The notes under the pieces are model-generated. The model ran no database searches, was not told where the DNA came from, and saw only the letters and a list, made by a program, of their open reading frames with translations. A stretch of 63,332 nt of DNA, filler included, from Hausera hauseri (taxonomy: Eukaryota): the NCBI GenBank assembly GCA_046269625.1. It is 12 parts of 12 records of this genome, joined end to end, with 100 filler letters (N's around TTAATTAATTAA, not from the genome) between each part and the next. Parts side by side here need not be neighbours in the genome. Positions count along the whole stretch, not along the records: positions 21,205 to 25,188 come from JBJURY010839303.1; positions 25,289 to 29,806 come from JBJURY010544565.1; positions 29,907 to 36,035 come from JBJURY010136317.1; 9 more parts are not named here. The stretch is one strand, 5' to 3'. Below are positions 22,025-31,921 of this stretch, piece by piece. A program made the translations under genes and the position numbers. Position 1 is the first letter of the stretch, and each line of letters opens with the position of its first letter.

Positions 22025-24884
22025 TTGTGAACCAATTGTGCATTGACAATATATATTTGTGTATATAATTTTTCATTTTATTTCTTGAAGTGACGTTGTT
22101 CGGGGATGCCGGATTGGTAAAACTGCAGATCGAAACGAGCAAGATTACAAACTTACAAATTAACTGAAACAATTTTTACAAAATCGGCACGTTCAAATTT
22201 ACAAGGTTTTGCGGTGAAAAATAACAGCTGCCTAATATTTTAATCGAATTGAAAAAATAACGTGTTAAATTAACAGCTGGATTTGCCTTGCCTAATGCAT
22301 ATTCGGTAAACTCAATTCAAAAAATCAATTTTCCTAATCATGGACGACGGTAATAACATGTTAAATTAGCAGCTGCACATGACAGCAGACGAATTTGAGA
22401 TTTAATTCTGTAATAGTGATTTTATTACATATGCTGATTTTCATAATTCATTACCGATACAAATTAGTATATAAAGCAACTAAAAAGGTAACAAAACTAA
22501 CATATTCTCTCATACACGCTACAGTAATCGTTTTTCAACGTCGAAGCCTTACCTAATTGTAAGATTTAAAGAATTTATTCTAATTCTATAGACTTTAATT
22601 AGACAGATCTCAAGAAATCAATAATCCACAATTGTTCTTTCTCAGTCACTTGAATTCTACCGTCACTCGATTAACTTATACCTTTTGTCAAATTACAGAA
22701 ATACAGAAACTCTATAATGGCCGGTACAAACAACACTGAATGGAACGAAAATAATAATAATGGTAAAGTTTTGATTTGCATATGATATTAGTTTGGTATC
22801 CCCTGTCAATGCTAATTACCGTATTTTGTTCATTTGTAAATTTTGTTGAATAAAATTTTTAAAATAATATTCACTTTGACGGCTGTACGATAGAACGACT
22901 CTATGTAATGGAGAGTGATATTGTCTAGTTCGTTATAGGGATTTCCTTTTTGAGATTGCTCATTGAAATAATAGTTTAGCCATGAACGAAGGAATCAGCT
23001 ATTCTAGAAGAGGTTAAAATACAACGATGTTAGAATGAGAGCAACTCCAAAGGTTTGTATGCCAATCGAACAAATGATAACAGAAACTAAGTACATTCGT
23101 GGAGTACCACAGAAATGAAAATAGCGAAACATGAGATCCTGACCTTCACTCCCTATGAATGTGATGAATCAAAGAGAACCATTCATGCTCAGTATCGTTA
23201 TGACAGTTAGATCATACAATCGGTTAAAGGTAACAGAATAAAGATTTTATGGTTTCTTTTGCGGTTGATCACTATAGTATCTATTTCGACCAAGGATGAG
23301 AATTGTATAATGATGATTCGATATATTAATGAGAATGTATATATATATGTTTGCATGTTATCGTAGCAAGTTACTTTATCGATAGTGAGCGAGAGATGAT
23401 AATATTAATTTAGATTGAAGTAAATAATTACTGTTTGTTATCGTAACCAACCTTAACCCTTATGATCGGTAGTGCAAAAGTTTTAGTTTGCTCGAGAAGA
23501 ACTAACAAATAATATCTGTTGAATAATACGAACAACTAGTAGGACCGAGGGAAGGAACCGAATACTGATTAAGATGATTCTTTCAAAGGATAACTATATC
23601 ATTAAAGGCTTATATGACAATGTATTGATATGTTTGTAAATGAAATGGGGATAATAGATTTATATATATGTCACCCGAGAGAAACTAAGTCATATAATCA
23701 GATTAGTATGAAGGAAAAAGTCACCATGACGAACAAAATGATAAATGGATAAATCTATTTTAGTAAATTGATTACTATATAATGACAATACATATTTATG
23801 GATTATTTTTAGTAGAATTACGTTGTGTTAAAAGATAGTCTTGATTTTACTGATTTGCCCATATAAAGGAGAATAATTTTTATATGAACTAAATCCTGAT
23901 ACCGATGAGATTAAGATATGAAATTTTAACTTGTTAATCAAGACACTATAATGAATTAAAGTAGTGGAAGCTTGTGATAAAACAATAAAAGAGATTTTCA
24001 TAATAAAGATTTTAGGGATTATATATGATGAATATACGGGGATAGTGTTGATCTTGATTATGGTTGTTTCTCATACGTTAGTGGATTCTTGTGTATATAT
24101 TCTGAAGTACATTGAATTTGATACTAATAATTTCCAAATTAGACCTAATTCATCGATAAAGAGTGTAAGATGTATATGTTGATCATATTATGCTAATTGT
24201 TAAAAGATAAGTTTTATATCGAATAGGAAATTTAAAAGGGTTCTAATTACATCTGATTTTACCCTGTGGTTATATGGAAATGAAAACATGAGAATTTATT
24301 CTATAAAATTGTAATGACGTTCGTATTCTTTTATTCTATGTTAATCATAATAACTGGCATTTTGATATATATTTATATTCTTTATACGGTTGTTTTAGGT
24401 TATTACTATCTTTATCCATCAATTCCCTGATATTCTTCTGTTCAATTTAATTATATCTGTTATATAGGTTTAGAATTTTGTACGTAATGTTATTGAATTA
24501 CAAATATTGATTATTCAAATTGACCATATCACTGGTTTTGTAATATTGTCAAGAAGGATTTCGTTATAACAATTTAAGGTACATAAATCGTCTCTTCTAA
24601 TAGGATATCACAAAGATAATAAATTATATGATAAACGAAATGGAAGACTTCTATATCATTAGACAGGACAGTAAGCTAAAGTTTTTATTATAATGGAGAA
24701 CAATTTAATACAAAGGAATTTAAGAAGAGAGGCGCTGGATCTTTTAATAGGTCATACCGCCCACGAACTCACAACTTCAGAAGACCAAAAGTTAGAATTA
24801 TACGAACAAACACTCTGAAGGATTAGTAAAAATAAATATGACTTTATATGTTAGTATACCTTAAGAAAAAATTACAAAAATACT

Positions 24885-25188
24885 AACATCATATCTGGAT
24901 GCCAATAACCTATATGGATGGGCATGAGCTACCCATTGCCATATGACAACTTCAAGTGGGTCGGGCATCCTGAAAACGTCCCTATACTGGACCTGGATTC
25001 AACTGGAGATAGGGGTTATATACTGGACGTAGATACAGACTATCAGGCTTCTATCCATAGAAGGCAACAACAGCTGCCTTTTCTCCCGGAGAGCAAGCCT
25101 CAGCCTCATGAAAAGCATAGAAAGCTGCTCTGCCATCTAGATAGTAGGGAGAGGCATATAATCTACTACATAAATCTCCAGCAGGCGG
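24885..25188 (+). pseudogene. pPolB fragment (motif A region)
   Basis: YLDANNLYGW..SYPLPYDNFKW..GYILDVD..LPFLPE..KLLCHL; paralogous to 28910-29190. Confidence 0.85.
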
Positions 25189-25288
25189 NNNNNNNNNNNN
25201 NNNNNNNNNNNNNNNNNNNNNNNNNNNNNNNNTTAATTAATTAANNNNNNNNNNNNNNNNNNNNNNNNNNNNNNNNNNNNNNNNNNNN
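25189..25288. other. artificial contig linker
   Basis: N44-TTAATTAATTAA-N44. Confidence 0.98.
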
Positions 25289-26140
25289 GTGAACTGTCGA
25301 TCGGCATATGTGCATGGCAACGGTGCCTTTAGGTACTGTTTCCACGACACTTTTGCACTTTGCACGTATTGATCGCTGCACAGTGCTATATTGATCGAAT
25401 CGATCGGGGTAAAGTGCTAATCGATAGTGCACATCAGAGCACTTCGATTTGTGCACAGTACAGTAAAGGTGTACACGTGCAAATGGGTGAAAATCAATAA
25501 TATCGGTTTTCCAATAATTCCAATATTGATGATTGGCACATGGCACCGGGTGCAATCGATTGGAAAAGCGGTGCACTATACAAGTTTGCAGTTAGAATTT
25601 AAATTGATCGAATGGCTTTCGAACTCAAGGAGGTTAGTGGAGGAAAAGGTAAACAGGCCTTTTTGGTGTTAAGAAAGCAAAATTCGATATTACATTGAAC
25701 GGCGGCAGATAGGAAACCATGTGTGCAGATTTCGAATATGAAGTCAGATATTCGAATTGGAAAAATTTTTTGACCGTATATCGAACTAAGCACTATTCGA
25801 AAAATCTAATGATGTCATTCGATTCCCCATATACTAGAACCTCTATAGCCATTAAATTATTCGGTGAAAATGTACTATATAGTTATAAAATCAATAAATT
25901 GAATTAAGCAAAATGCACATTTTATGTTTAATGAAGCAGAAATCGAAAAAATTTTTAGGCGGGTTCGGATAGGAAACAATATACGAGGAATCCGAATCCG
26001 CTGTTAGATATTCGAATACATTATTCGAAATCAATTATTTAGATATTAGAACTCGAAAAATCGATCAAGCGTAAATTATTCGAATCATTTGACCAGTCCA
26101 TTAGATTCCACATATATGAAAACCTTACTGAGGACATAAC
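25289..26140. repeat. second copy of the palindrome-rich repeat family at 8580-9880
   Basis: For example ttccaatattgatgatt(a/g)gcacatggcaccgggtg and aatctaatgatgtcattcgattccccatat are shared. Confidence 0.8.
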
Positions 26141-26298
26141 AGCGACGGTGCAGTATGTGTTTGATGCATTAAAACAAATTGTTCTGGAATATTCGAAAAT
26201 CAATAAAATTCTAAATTTGAATTTAAAACATCCATAAACGAAGCAGTGTGCGTTGACATGGCTATATTTTTCATTATTTCAAAAAATCACTTCCAAGA

Positions 26299-29200
26299 AT
26301 GGTGAGTTTTTTAATTGTGCTGCACAAATTATTGATCTATTTTTTAGATTTTCAAGTTACACAAAAATTGTATGGCTCAGATTCCCGAGACAGAGAATTG
26401 CCACAATGTGATGAAAAAGTATTTCAGTCACATTTACAACAGGACTGAATACTGTATATGTCCTACATGTTAGGTAACGTGCCGAACTAGTTATAAGGAC
26501 TTCTACAATGTCCATAAACAACATTTTACTTCCTTTACCAAGTCGAAGAAACGGATATTCAATACGAATATGCCGATAACATCTTACATTTCTCAGAAAA
26601 TTCAAAATTGTAATTCATACATGTATTACACATCCGCAATACACAAACTGCAGAACTGTCATTATACAATGCAGCGCTACTATTTACACATTCAACCGAA
26701 TCCAATATTATATTTGTCCAGGATGTGAGACTGTATGTGATGAAGAAGATCACAAGGCTCATTTAACAGATTTCAAATCAATGTCCAAAGAGACCATCTT
26801 CAATGAACAGCTTAATCCTGTTGTTGCAGTAGCACAACCAGTTCCAGATGCAGTGCAGCTAGTTCCACACAGGATTAAAACGTACCGCGACATCAGGCGC
26901 AACGCGAGATATTCAAAATGCTCCACCAAAAAGGCAAAGGCAGCGACCAGTTGATATTTAGAGCATTGAAGAGCAAAGTCCGCAGATGTCATATCTGCAA
27001 CTGATCAAACAACGCTCCATACGTTTCTGGAATATACAAAGGATGAAACCATGGGGATTCTCCAAGATAACATGGTGGAGCTCAAGGCCTTTAAAGTCAA
27101 CTTAAATCAGAGGCCACATTCACCAATGTCGAGGGCGAGGAATGAAATAGGGCTTTCAAGACTAAAAATAGGCCGATATTAGAAACCACCAATATTTCAG
27201 AATGGCTGCATGAAGAACATGCAAAGCTAATACGTGAAGTTTAGGAGAACCAGGAAAAGAAGAGCAGATGGATTCTGGAAACCATAAAGAGATTGCTTGT
27301 CTTTGTGCACAATTAGTCTCCCACGCGAGGCAGATCCTATATACAGCTTTCTGAATGGGTCGCTAAGAAAAAAGCATGCATCAATGTTCATAATGATGAT
27401 GTAAAAAATTCCATCGACTTAACAACATATTCGTCAATATCTTTTGATTGGCGGAAGATAATATCTATCCGCTACAAATGTGTGATTCTGAATTTGAAGA
27501 TCATAGGGATCTGCTCCTGCTGGACGATGAAGAAAAGAAATATTTCATTTGGATCGAAAACTCTGAGCGTCTAGTGAGATCCTATGTAACAACAAATTAA
27601 GAAGAATTGAAATTTGTAAAGGTTGTTCGTCCCATTTCGGTGGTGACGTACCTATTGATACGCTAGCAGAGCACAAGATATACTTCAACAACAAATATTG
27701 TATCAGGTAAGAATTTCCAAAGGAAGACTATATAGAATTCAAAGAATTTGAAAAGAAGGTCAAAGTTTCAATAGTCATCTATTGTTACTTTGAAGCAATC
27801 TTGCGTCCAGTTCAGAATTGCAACCACAATCCACAACATAGGAGCACACTAGCATACCAATATCACGAACTTTCATCATATTGTATGAATTCAAAAGGAA
27901 TGGACAAGGACCCATTTCTATTCAGAGGTCCAAATGCAGCAGCACATTTTATGAAGAAATTAGAAGACAGCTTATAGTATTGAAGTTACATTACAACAAC
28001 ACAAGGGTTTGGATACAATGACCATGTCCAAGAAGGAACAAGAAGAATGAGAAGGCAACAATATGCTACTTGTGCTCCAAATCATTGACTAAGGAGAATC
28101 ACAAAGTCAGGGATCACTGCCATTTTACGGGCACATGTCGAGGCGCAGCCCGCAAAAGTTGTAATCTACGTTGCAGAACAGTAACCTTTGTTCCTGTAAT
28201 ATTCTACAACCTAAGTGGATATAATTTCCACTTCATTGTTGGGGAACTAGAAAACATTGAAGGAAACATCGACGAGATCCCCAACATTGAAGAAATATGT
28301 AACATTTACGAAACATGATGGGAAAGTCAGACTTCGCTTCGTGGGCAGTTTTCGATTCATGTCTCCTTTACTTGACAGCTTAGTTAAGAATCTCCCCGCA
28401 GAACTGGAGGAGAGGAAGCGGTTCTTTCCTTGTACATTTGACTTGGTGAAAAGGAAAGGAGTGTTTCCCTATTATTACATCACTTCATGGGAAACATTTG
28501 ATGAAACAGCTTTGCCGGCGAATAAGGACTTTTACAGTCTGCTCTCAGACACTGATATCAGCGATGTGGATTATCAACACTCTCAAAGGGTCTGTGAAGC
28601 ATTCAAATGTAGAACAGTAGAAGAATACAGTGATGTATACCTTAAGATGGATGTGCTTCTGCTTACAGATATATTTGAAAGCTTCCGGGATGTAACACTT
28701 GTAAGCTACAAGTTGGATCCAGCTCATTTCTTTACAGCTCCAGGAATGAGTTGGGCAGCAATGCTCCGATATACCGGTATTAGACTGCAGATATGGTCCT
28801 TATGATTGAGAGGTATTAGAGGCGGAATATGCCAAGCCATTCACCAGTATCTTGAGGCCAATGACATACATGGCCGAATATGATCTATCCAAGGCATCTT
28901 TTTATATTACCTATTTGGATGCTAACAACCTATATGGATGGGTAGTGAGCGCCCCATTGCCTTATGATGACTTTACATGGGTGAATCATCCGGAAGATGT
29001 AGCAATACAGGATGTTGATCCCAATGGAGATACTGGCTACATACTGGAGGTGGGTGTTGAATATCTACATTCCATGCATACAAGGCATGACCTACTGCCC
29101 TTCCTCCCTCTGCCCCATGGAAAACATCGAAAGCTGCTCTGTCATCTGGATATTAGGGAGAGATATATATTTCACTTCATCAATCTCCAGCAAGAAATAA

Positions 29201-29806
29201 AGAACGGATTTAGAATAATGGAGATCTATCTGGCTCTGCAGTTCAGCCAGTCCATATGGCTGAAAACTTAAACCTCAATACATAGCTGAGGGCGAATACC
29301 AAGAACAATTTCGAGAAAGATCAGTTTAATTATACAAGTACAGAGCTTTTGGCAAGACGATGGAAAATATCCGGAACAGGATCAACATTGAGTTAGTATG
29401 TGAGTGGAAGCGAGCCAAGAAACTAATAGCCAAGCAGAACTTCCACAGCTGTACGATATATACAGAGAACTTGGTTAGCATCCATATATTCAAGGCATTT
29501 CGAATTCAACAAGCCAATATATGTGGGTATGTCGATACTAGACTTTTCAAAGACCTTGATGTATCATTTCCACCACGAAATTATGGCCCCCACATTCAAG
29601 ACTCTGCAGGTGATGTATATGTATACTAATAGTTTCATATATCAGATCCATACAGAAGACATTTATTAAGACTTTGCTCAATTGTCAGAGCATATGGATA
29701 CGTCTGACTATCCAAAAGATCATAAGAACTTCTCTGTAAAGAACAAAAAGGTCCTTGGGAAATTCGAAAATGAGGTGAATAGGGCAATCATCGCAAGACT
29801 TGTAGC
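26299..29806 (+). pseudogene. protein-primed DNA polymerase B with N-terminal Zn-finger remnants (Maverick/adintovirus type), fragmented
   Basis: CPGC..HKAHL, KKKACINVHN, VRDHCHFTGTCRGAA..CN, YNLSGYNFH, KGVFPYYY, YLKMDVLLLTDIFE, YLDANNLYG, FGKTMENIR, YMYTNSF (degenerate DTDS), VLGKFENE. Confidence 0.9.
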
Positions 29807-29906
29807 NNNNNNNNNNNNNNNNNNNNNNNNNNNNNNNNNNNNNNNNNNNNTTAATTAATTAANNNNNNNNNNNNNNNNNNNNNNNNNNNNNNNNNNNNNN
29901 NNNNNN
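29807..29906. other. artificial contig linker
   Basis: N44-TTAATTAATTAA-N44. Confidence 0.98.
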
Positions 29907-30089
29907 GTACGTGTTAATGCTTAGCGGATTTTCTGGCAAAGTAGTAACACTGTGTATGTTCAACTTCTCTTCTCACTTTTAACTATCACCTTGAGATTGT
30001 TAAACTACCCAGTTAAGCTAGCACCCTGTAGCTAACGGTATTTTAATTTTATTATAGTATATTTTTTCTGAACTTCTACATTTTTCGCC

Positions 30090-30455
30090 ATGTCTTCTCA
30101 AAACATCGAGAGCCACGTGCAACCTGAAGTCAGTATGGAAACTGGTTTTGTTTACGAGGCTGGATCAGAAGCGAAACCTTCATTCATAGCAACGCTCTCT
30201 CACCCGAAGGCGAACATCCTGCTATATACCGAGAAGGAGAACATCGACACGATGTTATTTTATCGCCAGCGTTACACCGAGCTTGGCCGCAAGTACTTCA
30301 AACTCCAACACAAGAAGGAGCCAACTTCGGCGGATGTTTTGAAGAAAGATGAAGTCCAAGCCCAGATGTACATCTACCGGAACAGCATGGAGGTGTTATC
30401 GGCGGTAAGTGGACTTTCGATTCACTTTGAGGCACCCCCCCCCCTCCTAAAATAG
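30090..30455 (+). CDS. LINE ORF1 N-terminal part, separated from the rest by a C10 run
   Basis: ATG start; adding one C to the run at 30435-30444 fuses it in frame with 30458-31921. Confidence 0.6.
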   Translation: MSSQNIESHVQPEVSMETGFVYEAGSEAKPSFIATLSHPKANILLYTEKENIDTMLFYRQRYTELGRKYFKLQHKKEPTSADVLKKDEVQAQMYIYRNSMEVLSAVSGLSIHFEAPPPLLK

Positions 30456-30457
30456 AT

Positions 30458-31921
30458 GTGAAGGCACCTGAAAAGTCAGGAACTCAGGAGACCCCAGCTC
30501 AGGACCAACAGGTCGCGGAACCTGTTCCGAACGAGGGAAATTCTGCTCAGACACCGGCAAGCCCTGAAGAGGTGGCGGCCCCCCCCCCCCCACCCAAGCA
30601 GGGTCCGGTAAAACGTACCGCAGAGAGTGCGGAGTTAGACAGCAAAGCCGAAGAGGGAGAATTTAGGTTCCCCCCCGCTAGGTTAACTGCCAGAGCCGTC
30701 AAGGCTATAAATATAGATGGGATACGGATAGCAACCCCAGGACCTAGCCAGGAGCCAGGGACTAGCCAAGCTTCCCCACAACCTGAAACCAACGCTGAAA
30801 CCAACGTTGAAAATATAGAAATGACCGAAACGGAGGTTAGTGAAAATCCCGAGAAAGAAAAATCAAAAAGGGAGAGAATTCCCCCAATTTATTTCTTACC
30901 ACCCAACTACTGGCCCATGTTGTTAGTAGAATTAAGACTGAAAGCCCCCAGCTTCTTATCAACGCCGCGGGGAAAGTTCCTAAAACTAACTTTTACCGAC
31001 ATTCAAGAGTATAGAGACGTAGAGGCGTACTTGATTGAGAGGAAAATTCAGTACAAATCGTATCTTCTTAGTGAAAAGAAAATGTTAAAATGCATCATTA
31101 GAGGACTTCCAATCAATACGAATTGCGAAGAAATAAAAGCGGATATCAAAGCTGAAGGGTTCGAGGGTGTGCAGGTCACCCAGCTTCACCGCGGACCTGT
31201 AAGCAAAAGAAGGCTAATGCCGTTATTTATGGTGCAAACCCCGGCTAATCAGTTCGAGGTAGAAAGAATCTTCAATATTATTGATGTTCTCGGAACCGGT
31301 GTGGTTGTCGAGAAGTATCGTGGCAGGAAAGGGCCCTCACAGTGCCACCGGTGCCAGGGCTTTTTTCATTCGGCGTCGGCGTGTAATATGTCACCCAAGT
31401 GCGTACGGTGCGCCGGGGCGCATATGACCGCCGACTGTCCGAAACCGAGAGATGCCCCACCCGTGTGTGCAAACTGTAAGGGTGACCATCCGGCCAGCTA
31501 CCGATTGTGCCCCCGGTTTCCGAAAACAGGTGGGAACCAGAATAATAAAAATAAAAATAAAAACGGTTCAAATAGTAACAACCAGGTCAAAAAGGGCCCT
31601 AAGCCCATTAATAAAAACAACGAAGCTACTAGTAGACCAACTTTCCCCGCAAAGAAAGTTGAGACGAACAGGACGTACGCGTCCGCTACCACAGGAGATA
31701 GCGAATCGCCCCCCCCTACGCGCCCCGCTACGTCGGTACCTAGCGCCGCTGTTTCGGACAACGAAACCGACCTCTTAACAGCTGCTATGGTTCTAGAAAA
31801 GAACTATAGCCCCAAAACAGTTCTAGCGGCTTTTAAGAAAGCCCTGCCTCAACTGCGTAAAGCGGCAAACGCAGTTGACAGACAGTTCATACTTTATGAG
31901 AGCGTTTATTCGCTCTTGTAA
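30458..31921 (+). CDS. LINE ORF1 nucleic-acid-binding protein (gag-like)
   Basis: KCIIRGLP, CHRCQGFFHSASAC, CVRCAGAHMTADC, CANCKGDHPASYRLC. Confidence 0.9.
   Translation: MKAPEKSGTQETPAQDQQVAEPVPNEGNSAQTPASPEEVAAPPPPPKQGPVKRTAESAELDSKAEEGEFRFPPARLTARAVKAINIDGIRIATPGPSQEPGTSQASPQPETNAETNVENIEMTETEVSENPEKEKSKRERIPPIYFLPPNYWPMLLVELRLKAPSFLSTPRGKFLKLTFTDIQEYRDVEAYLIERKIQYKSYLLSEKKMLKCIIRGLPINTNCEEIKADIKAEGFEGVQVTQLHRGPVSKRRLMPLFMVQTPANQFEVERIFNIIDVLGTGVVVEKYRGRKGPSQCHRCQGFFHSASACNMSPKCVRCAGAHMTADCPKPRDAPPVCANCKGDHPASYRLCPRFPKTGGNQNNKNKNKNGSNSNNQVKKGPKPINKNNEATSRPTFPAKKVETNRTYASATTGDSESPPPTRPATSVPSAAVSDNETDLLTAAMVLEKNYSPKTVLAAFKKALPQLRKAANAVDRQFILYESVYSLL

Noticed and set aside
22900-24880. Possible decayed env or other gene with hydrophobic stretches
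   Set aside because: Too many stops and no motif I can recognise; left unannotated.
30405-30455. GTAAGT...TAG intron joining the two LINE ORF1 parts
   Set aside because: Splicing in phase 0 yields ATG TGA immediately; the C10 frameshift explains the split better.
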